A stretch of 57,321 nucleotides of DNA, from positions 1 to 57,321 of IMG/VR virus record IMGVR_UViG_3300026097_000026, one strand, 5' to 3'. Made by a program: the position numbers and the translations under genes. Each line of letters starts with the position of its first letter. Position 1 is the first letter of the stretch. Below the pieces are notes generated by a model. That model saw only the letters and a list, made by a program, of their open reading frames with translations. It was not told the DNA's origin and searched no databases. Shown here piece after piece: positions 18,482-27,216 of the stretch. The DNA comes from a virus (Duplodnaviria; Caudoviricetes).

Positions 18482-19743
18482 GCAAAGAAAATATAAAATT
18501 TGGTACTATAATTCCATTAATTGGAGGTAGTGCAATAGGTTGTTCACAGTCGGCTGGTGTTAAGCCTACGTTTCATTTAAGTTATGATGCATTTGCAGCA
18601 AATGAAAGCCATCTAGAAAAATATTGGGATGATGTACCTATGTACAGATTAGATCAACCTGACTTAGAAATACCAAAAAATACATTCGAAAATGTAGACT
18701 ATATAAATAGTGTTTGCCCATGCGCTGGTCTTAGTTTATTAAACTCAGCAAGTGGAAGCTCTGCATCACGAGGTTCAGATGCAGTTCAAAATAAATGGAT
18801 GTATGATTCGTCAAATTATATTTTAGAAAATGTTAAACCTAAAGTACTGTGGGGTGAAAATGCTCCAGGATTATTTACTAAAATGGGAGAAGGTGTAGTA
18901 AAGAGATTAAGGGAAATTGGTGAACAGCATGGGTATAGTTTTTCATTAATAAAAACCAATACTGAATTGCATGGTATCCCACAAAGAAGAATGAGAACTT
19001 TTTACTTTTTTTGGAATACTCCAACTGTACCTATGTTAAACTGGAAATTTAGAGAAAAAAGTAGTTTATTGGACTATTTAAATAAAATACCAGAGTCTGC
19101 TACACTTCAAGATATGTTTATGGTTAATGGTAATGTAACCGAGCACTTTAGGCCTTATGAATTTGTTTTAGAAAAAGAAGGTTTAACTCATTTTGAATTT
19201 TCTAAAAAAATTAAAAAAGGTACAATTTCACAATATTTGGAAAAAAATAAATTGGTTGATGAATGTATAGAGTGGTTAAAGGAAAAATATCCTAATGAAG
19301 GGTTTTCTAATAAAAAGAGTACAAAAACATTTATTGATATGTTGGAGCATCAGAAAGCAAAAGTTGCTGACGGTAAAGGGTATTGGGATGCATCTCCTCA
19401 CTTTTTTCATGATTCTTTTTCTGCGTTAATTGGTCGTAATATGTTTAATGGTGTTCACCCGGTTGAAGATCGTTATTTAAATGTAAGAGAAATGCTTCAT
19501 TTAATGGGAATGCCGCATGATTTTGAAATCAGTGATCCTAGGCATGTTAATCATATTGCACAAAATGTACCAGTAAGAACGGCACAAGATATGGCAGATG
19601 AAGTTAAGAATTTTTGTTTAGGCAATGCTAAGATGACTAATTATTCTTTTATGAAACAGGATAATACTAAACAAAAAATAATCTACTCTGAAGAATATAA
19701 TAGCACTCCTAAGAAAAAATATAGAGCTCAAAAAATAATTTAA
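18478..19743 (+). CDS. C5-cytosine DNA methyltransferase-fold enzyme with atypical cofactor-binding motifs
   Basis: Motif IV CPCAGLS, VI GENAPGL, VIII HGIPQRRMRTF, IX RYLNVREMLHLMGMP, X IAQNVPV; motif I reads IIPLIGG instead of LFxGxGG. Confidence 0.8.
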   Translation: MSKENIKFGTIIPLIGGSAIGCSQSAGVKPTFHLSYDAFAANESHLEKYWDDVPMYRLDQPDLEIPKNTFENVDYINSVCPCAGLSLLNSASGSSASRGSDAVQNKWMYDSSNYILENVKPKVLWGENAPGLFTKMGEGVVKRLREIGEQHGYSFSLIKTNTELHGIPQRRMRTFYFFWNTPTVPMLNWKFREKSSLLDYLNKIPESATLQDMFMVNGNVTEHFRPYEFVLEKEGLTHFEFSKKIKKGTISQYLEKNKLVDECIEWLKEKYPNEGFSNKKSTKTFIDMLEHQKAKVADGKGYWDASPHFFHDSFSALIGRNMFNGVHPVEDRYLNVREMLHLMGMPHDFEISDPRHVNHIAQNVPVRTAQDMADEVKNFCLGNAKMTNYSFMKQDNTKQKIIYSEEYNSTPKKKYRAQKII

Positions 19744-19750
19744 ATTTATA

Positions 19751-20746
19751 ATGAAAGATAATGTATTAGCCATAGGTGTATCACATAGGGATCATTTTAG
19801 TATAATGATGGCATATTACCCTAAAGGTATACATGAAAATTTTGACATTGTACTATTTGTTGATAATCGTAATGATATTTTACAAGATATAAAAGATCTT
19901 ATTGATCATTATAATATTCCTGCATTTAAAAATGCAAAAATAGTTATTAATACTAAAATGATGGATGAATATTCATCAAAGTTTAGTCTTAGTGAAAGAG
20001 GTCATAAATTTTTATTTGAATATTCTGCTTGCTTTAAGTTACTTGTTCCCATTTACTTAAGAGAACATTTTAATACTAAAAAGACTTTTGCTATAGATGA
20101 TGATATTTTTATTTTAAGAGACTTAAGTCCATTATTTAATAAATATCAAGGTTGGGTATTTAAAAAGGAAAATTTATTTGATTTTAAAAATAAAAATAAA
20201 CATAGAGTACTTAAAGAATTTAATTCTGTTTTTAACTCTAATTTTACTCTTTCACAAATGGATTCTTTGTCATTAAATAGTGGAACTATTATATATGATA
20301 ATTATGATGATAAGTATCCAGAGTATGTGAAAAAATTTATTGAAAATGATTATATCCAATCAATGTTTTTTGACCATACTGGTTATAGTGCATGGACAGT
20401 AGAGCAAAGATTTCAGCATTTTAATATGCATAGACTAATGAAAGAAAGAAATGATACAAAACTGTTTGAAGGTAAGGAGGTTAGACTTATTACGAGTCTA
20501 GGAAAGGAAAAGGAAGGTGATAAATTTCTTAAGATAGTGGTACCATATTTAATTCATTATACCGTTGGTGTTAAAAAACCTCTATGGCTTAGAAAATTTA
20601 TTCCTGGGATTGCTTGGAGATTTAATAATTATCAGTTTACTCCTAAATTTGAACTTAAAGATATTCTCTATAATAAACATTGGGAGCCTACACGGTTTAA
20701 ATTAATACATAAGAAAAAGAAAGAAAAAGTTAAATCTTTATTCTAA
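19751..20746 (+). CDS. GT8-like (GT-A) glycosyltransferase
   Basis: FAIDDDIFIL (DxD), LNSGTII, EQRF, LIHYTVGVKKPLW follow the GT8 motif order. Confidence 0.6.
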   Translation: MKDNVLAIGVSHRDHFSIMMAYYPKGIHENFDIVLFVDNRNDILQDIKDLIDHYNIPAFKNAKIVINTKMMDEYSSKFSLSERGHKFLFEYSACFKLLVPIYLREHFNTKKTFAIDDDIFILRDLSPLFNKYQGWVFKKENLFDFKNKNKHRVLKEFNSVFNSNFTLSQMDSLSLNSGTIIYDNYDDKYPEYVKKFIENDYIQSMFFDHTGYSAWTVEQRFQHFNMHRLMKERNDTKLFEGKEVRLITSLGKEKEGDKFLKIVVPYLIHYTVGVKKPLWLRKFIPGIAWRFNNYQFTPKFELKDILYNKHWEPTRFKLIHKKKKEKVKSLF

Positions 20747-20750
20747 TCTT

Positions 20751-20777
20751 AAAACCATTAAAATAATAACTATATAA
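20751..20777 (+). promoter_or_regulatory. putative early/middle promoter AAAAC-N17-TATAA
   Basis: Copy of the recurring bipartite motif. Confidence 0.55.
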
Positions 20778-20794
20778 AAATAAAATTAAATAAA

Positions 20795-21544
20795 ATGAAG
20801 ACAACTATTGAAAAAATTGACGGGTATGAATTAAGCTCGTTTATTAAGAAACTTCTTCCTATTGACAAATTTATCTTTTTAAAGATAGGTCCTACTGGAA
20901 CAGTTTCTTCTGTTTATTTCCCAGAAAGGGATGCAGTTAAACTTGTTAATGTTAGTACTGAAGATTTATTAACAGCTGAAATAGAAAAGCCTATTAAGGT
21001 AAGCTTTTATAATGGATCAAAGGTAGTTGAAGCATTAACTCATTTTAACGGAGGAATCAAGGGAAGTATTAATTATTCTGAATTGGACGGAGAATTAATG
21101 GCTAGTGATTTTATTATTAGTGATGATGATTTAGAAATTAAATTGGCATGTGCTGACCCATCGCTTTCATTTATGGAAATGAGTAAAGATGAAATGGAAA
21201 GAGCATTTGGAACTGAAGGTTCTATGTTTGAATTTGACTTACTTACTACTCATGTTGATAGAATGAAATCTCTATTTAATCTTGAAAAAGAAGAAGATAC
21301 ATTTACTCTCTATGTAAGTGATAAGGGTATTGGTATAAAAGGTGCTTCTTATGATGCTGATATTGTTCACTCATATGAAGGTGATGCAGAAAAAGGCTCT
21401 CATGTAGTAATTTACAAAAAATACCTTAATTTATTAGACAAAGAAAATTATCGTGTTGTGGTATGTGAAAATAAAGTAGTATTTAAATCTCTTGATACTG
21501 ATACTCATTTAACTGTTGCGGTTGCAATGGTTGATGAAGAATAA
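20795..21544 (+). CDS. gp45: probable sliding clamp (gp45-like)
   Basis: 249 aa acidic alpha/beta protein directly upstream of the polymerase; C-terminal NLLDKENYRVVV...LTVAVA resembles the gp45 end; no strict motif. Confidence 0.55.
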   Translation: MKTTIEKIDGYELSSFIKKLLPIDKFIFLKIGPTGTVSSVYFPERDAVKLVNVSTEDLLTAEIEKPIKVSFYNGSKVVEALTHFNGGIKGSINYSELDGELMASDFIISDDDLEIKLACADPSLSFMEMSKDEMERAFGTEGSMFEFDLLTTHVDRMKSLFNLEKEEDTFTLYVSDKGIGIKGASYDADIVHSYEGDAEKGSHVVIYKKYLNLLDKENYRVVVCENKVVFKSLDTDTHLTVAVAMVDEE

Positions 21545-21553
21545 AAATAAAAT

Positions 21554-21591
21554 AAATAAGACCTGGTTATAAGATAGCTAGGTCTTATTTT
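21554..21591 (+). terminator. hairpin terminator
   Basis: AAATAAGACCTGGTTAT-aag-ATAGCTAGGTCTTATTT. Confidence 0.65.
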
Positions 21592-21597
21592 ATGTAC

Positions 21598-21624
21598 TAA
21601 ACTAAATTATCTTTTTACGTATAA
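21598..21624 (+). promoter_or_regulatory. putative early/middle promoter TAAAC-N17-TATAA
   Basis: Shares TAAACTAAATT...TATAAAAATAAAAA with the copy at 4464. Confidence 0.6.
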
Positions 21625-21634
21625 AAATAAAAAA

Positions 21635-22777
21635 ATGACTGATAAGGAAAAGCAATTAAAAATTCAAGAAATAGAGGAAACTAAATACCAAGCTTCCCTT
21701 TTTATGAATAAAGAACAAGCTGTAAAATTAATGTTAAATAGTATTTACGGTGCATTTGGTAATCCTTATTTTTATTTCTTTAATGTAGATATTGCTGAAA
21801 CAATTACATTACAAGGTAAAGATGCAATATTATATACTGAAAAACTTCTTAATAAGTATTTCACTGAATTCTGGCATAAAGATTTAGATTTACATAAGAA
21901 GCTAGGAATAACCGTAACAGGTAGAATTGAAAATCCTGTGGGTATTTACATTGATACTGATTCCGTCTATGTTAAGTTTGAAGAAGTAATTAAAAAATCT
22001 GAAGGTTGGTCTGGTGATGAAAAGCAATTTATATTAAAGTTGTATGAATTAAGATTAAGAGATTATATTGAAAAAATCATGCAAAAATATGCTGATGATA
22101 ATAATGCTGAAAACTTCTTAAGCTTTGAATTAGAAAGTATTGCAAAAAATGCAATTTGGTTAGCCAAGAAAAAATATATGCAAAATATAGTTTGGAAGGA
22201 TCCTGACATTCACTATGATGATTTATCAAAAATTAGTGCAAAAGGATTTGAAATTATTCAATCATCAACCCCACTATTTGCAAGAGAAAAACTTAAAGAT
22301 TTATTAACATACATTTTTTCTGTTGAAAAATTAGATATGAAAGAGTTTTCTGCTCTTCTTAAAAAAATCAAAAGAGAATTTAGGTTAGCTAATGTTGATC
22401 AAATAAGTTTTTCAAAAAAGGTAAATAATTATCAAAAATATATTGTTAGTGATTATGATGCTTTTGAAATTGCATCTAGGTGCCCTATTGGTGTTAGGTC
22501 AGCGGGCTATCATAATTACCTTTTAAATAATTCAGGGCTCAAGGGTAAATATCAACCGCTAGGTAACGGTGAAAAACTTAAAATGTATTTTTCTGAGGAT
22601 ACTACTTGTGATGTATTTGCATATAGCCCTGGTGATCATCCTTACGAATTTGCACCTTCTGTTGATTATGATAGGCAGTTTGAAAAAACTATTTTGGATC
22701 CTATTAATAGAGTAATTGTTGCAATGGGATTTAAAGGCTTTAATCGTAATCTTATTTATACAACAAGTCTTTTTTAA
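21635..22777 (+). CDS. gp43B: family B DNA polymerase, C-terminal half (motifs B, C, thumb)
   Basis: Motif B KLMLNSIYGAFG, ITLQGK, motif C YIDTDSVY, AKKKY, KGFEIIQSSTP. Confidence 0.9.
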   Translation: MTDKEKQLKIQEIEETKYQASLFMNKEQAVKLMLNSIYGAFGNPYFYFFNVDIAETITLQGKDAILYTEKLLNKYFTEFWHKDLDLHKKLGITVTGRIENPVGIYIDTDSVYVKFEEVIKKSEGWSGDEKQFILKLYELRLRDYIEKIMQKYADDNNAENFLSFELESIAKNAIWLAKKKYMQNIVWKDPDIHYDDLSKISAKGFEIIQSSTPLFAREKLKDLLTYIFSVEKLDMKEFSALLKKIKREFRLANVDQISFSKKVNNYQKYIVSDYDAFEIASRCPIGVRSAGYHNYLLNNSGLKGKYQPLGNGEKLKMYFSEDTTCDVFAYSPGDHPYEFAPSVDYDRQFEKTILDPINRVIVAMGFKGFNRNLIYTTSLF

Positions 22778-22805
22778 TAAACAAACTAACAAAAATACAA
22801 TATAA
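22778..22805 (+). promoter_or_regulatory. putative early/middle promoter TAAAC-N18-TATAA
   Basis: Copy of the recurring bipartite motif. Confidence 0.55.
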
Positions 22806-22820
22806 AAATAAAACAATAAT

Positions 22821-24014
22821 ATGGCTAAAGAATTTTCATTCAGTGATTTAAATAAAGAAATGAAAAAGAATTCAACGTATGGTGATACGTTAGATAAATC
22901 TACTATTTCTGAAATTGATCACTTTATACCAACTGGTAATTTTCATTTAAATGCATGTTTAACAGGTTCACTAAAAGGTGGGTTTCCTAACAACAGAGCA
23001 GTGGCATTAGCAGGACCAAGTGGAACTGGTAAAACTTATCTTTTACTCAATGCAATTAAACAAGCACAAGATTTAGGTTATAGTATTATATTTTATGATT
23101 CTGAAAATGCAGTAGATAAAGAACTTGTTGAAAAATTTGGTATTGATGCATCAAAATTTAGATATGAACCATGTAACACTGTACAAGATTTTAGATCATC
23201 AGTTACTGCGGTTACTGACCTCTTAATTGAACAAAAAAATAAAGGTGCAGAATTACCTAAAGTTTTAATTGCATTAGACTCTGCAGGTAACTTGGCAACA
23301 CAAAAAGAAATTGATGATGCTAAAAGTGGAAGTAGTAAAGCAGATATGACTCGTGCTAAACTTTTAAAATCAACATTTCGTATTCTTATGACCAAATTAG
23401 GAATATGTAAAATTCCATTTTTATTTACTAATCATACTTATCAAACACAAGATTTGTTTTCTAAACAAGTTGGAGGTGGAGGAACAGGTCCTGAGTATGC
23501 CGCTTCTATAATTTTATTTTTAGGAAAAGCTAAGCTTAAGGATGGTACTGAACAAACTGGTATTATTGTTACAGCACGACCTAATAAAAATAGATTTGCA
23601 AAACCACTACCTATTAAGTTTCATATATCTTTTAGTAAAGGTATGAATCCGTATGTTGGTTTAGAGGAATATATAAGCTGGGATACTTGTGGTATTGAAA
23701 GAGGTAGGTTTTTAAATGCAAATGCTTTTAAGAAACTTAATGAACCTGGTCAAGCTGAATGTAGAGAGCATACTTTTATGAAAGGTGAAAAGGAAGTAAC
23801 TGTTTATTTTCAACCTGCTGCAACTGCTCGTAAGTTATGTGTAAAACATCTAAATGATACTGTTGATCTTAATCAATTATTTACACCTGATGTTATGACA
23901 GCTGAGGTATTAGAACAAATAGAACCTATAGTTAATGAAAAATTCTCTTATGGTGATGATGTTTTAACTGGTGAAGATTTAACTAATATGCTAACTACCG
24001 AGGATGAAGATTAA
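22821..24014 (+). CDS. uvsX: RecA-like recombinase UvsX
   Basis: Walker A AGPSGTGKT, YDSENA, LDSAGNL, DMTRAK, TNHTY, GGGTG. Confidence 0.9.
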   Translation: MAKEFSFSDLNKEMKKNSTYGDTLDKSTISEIDHFIPTGNFHLNACLTGSLKGGFPNNRAVALAGPSGTGKTYLLLNAIKQAQDLGYSIIFYDSENAVDKELVEKFGIDASKFRYEPCNTVQDFRSSVTAVTDLLIEQKNKGAELPKVLIALDSAGNLATQKEIDDAKSGSSKADMTRAKLLKSTFRILMTKLGICKIPFLFTNHTYQTQDLFSKQVGGGGTGPEYAASIILFLGKAKLKDGTEQTGIIVTARPNKNRFAKPLPIKFHISFSKGMNPYVGLEEYISWDTCGIERGRFLNANAFKKLNEPGQAECREHTFMKGEKEVTVYFQPAATARKLCVKHLNDTVDLNQLFTPDVMTAEVLEQIEPIVNEKFSYGDDVLTGEDLTNMLTTEDED

Positions 24015-24306
24015 AAAGTCTATTAATACTGGAAAATTAAAGGTAAAGTATATACTTGGTATACATTCATCTTTACCTTCATATCCAGATGCTGAGGATA
24101 TATTATATGAATTAATCAGAGATTACTGTGGCAGAGTTGCTACTGAGCTTAAATTTACTGATGTTTCGTTACAGAAAAAATATAGCTTATCAGATAAACA
24201 GTTAAATAATACTATTGAATGGTTGACTAATAAAAAAATTCTTAAGGCTGTAAATAATAATCCTAATTACACTACTTATGAAATAATAAAAAACCCATAT
24301 GAATAA
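24004..24306 (+). CDS. hypothetical protein, possible winged-helix
   Basis: 100 aa; LSDKQLNNTIEWLTNKKIL followed by a beta hairpin resembles a wHTH. Confidence 0.5.
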   Translation: MKIKKSINTGKLKVKYILGIHSSLPSYPDAEDILYELIRDYCGRVATELKFTDVSLQKKYSLSDKQLNNTIEWLTNKKILKAVNNNPNYTTYEIIKNPYE

Positions 24307-24316
24307 ATCCATATAA
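24290..24316 (+). promoter_or_regulatory. putative early/middle promoter AAAAC-N17-TATAA
   Basis: Copy of the motif, overlapping the 3' end of the upstream gene. Confidence 0.5.
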
Positions 24317-24325
24317 TAATAAAAC

Positions 24326-25612
24326 ATGAATACTAATAATGACCACGAAAAAATATTCTTTAATTATTTCTTAGCAAAACCTCATTATCTTAAAAGTGTT
24401 AGGCCTGGATTTTTCTCAAATTCTGATTTAGATCTTATTGCAAAACTATCAAAGAATTTTTATTTAAAGTTTTCTGAGAGTCCATCTAAAGATCAAATGA
24501 AAGCATTAGTTAGTGACGATCCTTCTGATGTTTCATCTGATATAGTAGAATCAATTTATAATATTAACCTTGCTGAATATGATCAAGACTGGTTACAAAG
24601 AACAGGTGAAGCTTGGGTAAAATGGAAACATTTTAATAAACAATTGGTTAAAACTATTGAATTTGTTAAGACACAAGATGTATCACCTGAAAATGTAGAA
24701 GATGTTGTACAAAGAGGTATTGGTATGTTATCAACTGACGGTAATCTTCATTTTGATACTGATATTGGTTTAGACTTTTTTAACCCTGAGGATCACATAC
24801 AAAGAAGTTCTAAAAAAATTGAAACAGGATGGAGTTTTGTTGATCATGTTTCAGGTGGCGGTTATGATGCTAAATCGCTTGTGGTTTATGCAGGTGAGCA
24901 GAATATAGGTAAATCGATTTGGTTAGCAAATGATGCATCTAACTTCGTTAGAATGGGTCATAACGTAGTATTTATTACTGCTGAAATGTCAGCACAAAAA
25001 GTATTAAAAAGAATAGGTTCTAATCTTCTTGATATTAAAATGATGGAGTATGACCAAAAATCTGCTAATAGAGATTTTCTAAAGAGAAGATTAGAGAGAG
25101 TATCAAAGGGTCTTTTACCTCCAGGCAAATTATTTATTAAAGAATTTCCAACATCACAAGCAACAGTTTTAGACATAGAATCATATCTCAAAGATTTAGA
25201 AGAAGCACAAGATCATAAAGTAAGTGTACTCGTTGTGGATTATATTAATATTTTAGCAAACTATCGTAATCCTAATACTGAAAATACTTATATGAAAATA
25301 AAACAAATTGCCGAAGATTTAAGAGCATTGGCGGTTAAAAGAAATATGTTAGTTATTTCAGCTACACAAATTAATAGAGGTGCATGGGATGCAACTGAGG
25401 TTAAAATGGAAAATATAGCAGAATCTGCAGGACTTGCTCATACTGTTGATGTAATGTATGCTCTTATTCAAGATAGCATGATGCATGCTAATAGAGAATA
25501 TTGGTTAAAGGTTTTAAAGATTAGGGATGGCCAAGGTAAAGGGAGTAGATGTCGATTTGAAATTGACTATGACTATATGAGATTAACTGAGACTGATGAT
25601 ATAACAGCATAA
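24326..25612 (+). CDS. gp41: replicative DnaB-like helicase gp41
   Basis: GEQNIGKS, ITAEMS, IKEFPT, VVDYINI, IAEDLRALA, SATQINR, AESAGL. Confidence 0.9.
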   Translation: MNTNNDHEKIFFNYFLAKPHYLKSVRPGFFSNSDLDLIAKLSKNFYLKFSESPSKDQMKALVSDDPSDVSSDIVESIYNINLAEYDQDWLQRTGEAWVKWKHFNKQLVKTIEFVKTQDVSPENVEDVVQRGIGMLSTDGNLHFDTDIGLDFFNPEDHIQRSSKKIETGWSFVDHVSGGGYDAKSLVVYAGEQNIGKSIWLANDASNFVRMGHNVVFITAEMSAQKVLKRIGSNLLDIKMMEYDQKSANRDFLKRRLERVSKGLLPPGKLFIKEFPTSQATVLDIESYLKDLEEAQDHKVSVLVVDYINILANYRNPNTENTYMKIKQIAEDLRALAVKRNMLVISATQINRGAWDATEVKMENIAESAGLAHTVDVMYALIQDSMMHANREYWLKVLKIRDGQGKGSRCRFEIDYDYMRLTETDDITA

Positions 25613-25625
25613 AAACAAAAAATAT

Positions 25626-26126
25626 ATGTGGGGAAAAAAGAAAAAGCCTAAACTAGATAAAGATGGAAATCCAATAAAAAAATCTTCATACGAAGAAAAG
25701 GATAAAATTTTTAATAATACTTATGGTGAGCAAGACTTATCAGGACAACCTATTTCATTTAAAGTATCACCTAGATGTGAATTAAATTTGGATCCAGATG
25801 AGCAGATGCATTATGATTTGTTATTTGAAAAAATAGATGGACTTATTAAAGGTAGTGAATTTGAACATTTAAATGAAGTTACTGAAAAAGGAATAGCCAA
25901 AAAACTAAATAAAGTTCAAATTAATAAAGTATTTTTTTATATTATTGATTGTGTTGGTGATGATTATTCAAGAGTAGATTTATTTAGTGTTATTTCAGAT
26001 TATTTTGATGTATTTCCAAATAAATTTTACAATTCGTTATCGAATAAATTTAAAGATGAGCTTATTAAAGAATTAGATGATAAGTATGGTATCTTAAAGA
26101 AAAAAAGAATAAACAAATTATTTTAA
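25626..26126 (+). CDS. possible gp33-like late transcription coactivator
   Basis: C-terminal helical region (SRVDLFSVISDYF...SNKFKDELIKEL...ILKKKRINKLF) resembles gp33 architecture; weak. Confidence 0.4.
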   Translation: MWGKKKKPKLDKDGNPIKKSSYEEKDKIFNNTYGEQDLSGQPISFKVSPRCELNLDPDEQMHYDLLFEKIDGLIKGSEFEHLNEVTEKGIAKKLNKVQINKVFFYIIDCVGDDYSRVDLFSVISDYFDVFPNKFYNSLSNKFKDELIKELDDKYGILKKKRINKLF

Positions 26127-26127
26127 T

Positions 26128-27216
26128 ATGACTAAAAGAATTTGGATGGTATCGGATAGCCACCTAGGCTGCCGTGCTAACTCTGTATTGTGGTTAGATA
26201 TTATTGAAGATTACTTTTTTAATTTTTTTATACCTTTAGCAAAAAAGGAATATAAAAAAGGAGATGTACTTTTTCATTTAGGTGATGTATTTGATAATAG
26301 ACAAAGTCTTAACTTAGCTGCACAAAACTTAGGTATTCGTATTTTTGAAGAATTATCAAAAATATTTCCGGATATTCATATCATAGTAGGAAATCATGAT
26401 ATTATGAGAAAAAATTCTAATGATATTTCTTCTGTTGATTGTTTAAAATATATTCCTAATGTATCAGTTCATAAAAATCCTAAGATAATTGATTATGATG
26501 GTACTAAATGTTTATTAATGCCATGGAGGAGAAATAGTGAACATGAGAAAGAAACTCTTGATCAAATTAAAGAAAACATAGATTATATGTTTTGTCATAC
26601 TGAAACACAAGGTGTTCAAATTAGCCCTAGTAAAAAATATTTACATGAAGGTGGAAATTTACCTTCAGTATTTAAAAGATTTAAAAGAGTTTATTCAGGT
26701 CATATTCATTATAGACAAGAATTAGATAATTTTATTTTAGTAGGTAATCCTTATCAAATGACAAGGTCTGACAGGGATAATCAAAAAGGGATATACATAT
26801 TAGATTTAAAAACAGGAGATCATAGTTTTACACCTAATAAGAGATCTCCTGAGTTTAAACGGTATTATATTAATGATATATTAGAGAGGCGTATGGGTGA
26901 AATTTCTGACGAAATTAAAGGTAATTTTGTTGATGTTTTTATTCCATCTAATGTACTAGGGAAATATAACATTAATGGGTTTATGGATTATCTTGACGGT
27001 AAAGCTTATAAACTTGAACCAAGAATATTTGATGAAAACAGTCAACATGAACTTGATGACACATCAGTATCAGATTTTAATGGACAAATTGATTTATTAA
27101 AAATTTCAAAGGATTATATAAATTCTTTAGATTATGATGATGATCTTAAAGAAAAATTAATTAAGTCTGTAACTGATTTGTATAAACAAACTTTAACACC
27201 ATCTTATGAGAATTAA
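26128..27216 (+). CDS. gp47: Mre11/SbcD-like recombination nuclease gp47
   Basis: SDSHLG, LGDVFDNR, VGNHD, SGHIH, GNPYQ. Confidence 0.9.
   Translation: MTKRIWMVSDSHLGCRANSVLWLDIIEDYFFNFFIPLAKKEYKKGDVLFHLGDVFDNRQSLNLAAQNLGIRIFEELSKIFPDIHIIVGNHDIMRKNSNDISSVDCLKYIPNVSVHKNPKIIDYDGTKCLLMPWRRNSEHEKETLDQIKENIDYMFCHTETQGVQISPSKKYLHEGGNLPSVFKRFKRVYSGHIHYRQELDNFILVGNPYQMTRSDRDNQKGIYILDLKTGDHSFTPNKRSPEFKRYYINDILERRMGEISDEIKGNFVDVFIPSNVLGKYNINGFMDYLDGKAYKLEPRIFDENSQHELDDTSVSDFNGQIDLLKISKDYINSLDYDDDLKEKLIKSVTDLYKQTLTPSYEN

Noticed and set aside
657-20746. Bacterial LPS/capsule locus or giant eukaryotic virus origin for the sugar genes
   Set aside because: Genes are interleaved with T4-type replication genes and share the phage promoter motifs; no flippase, polymerase or export genes; portal, sheath and gp23 indicate a tailed phage
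6300-21720. Split intein or intron joining the two polymerase halves
   Set aside because: No Cys/Ser block A at the end of gp43A and no HN-C/S/T at the start of gp43B; the intervening DNA is ordinary genes
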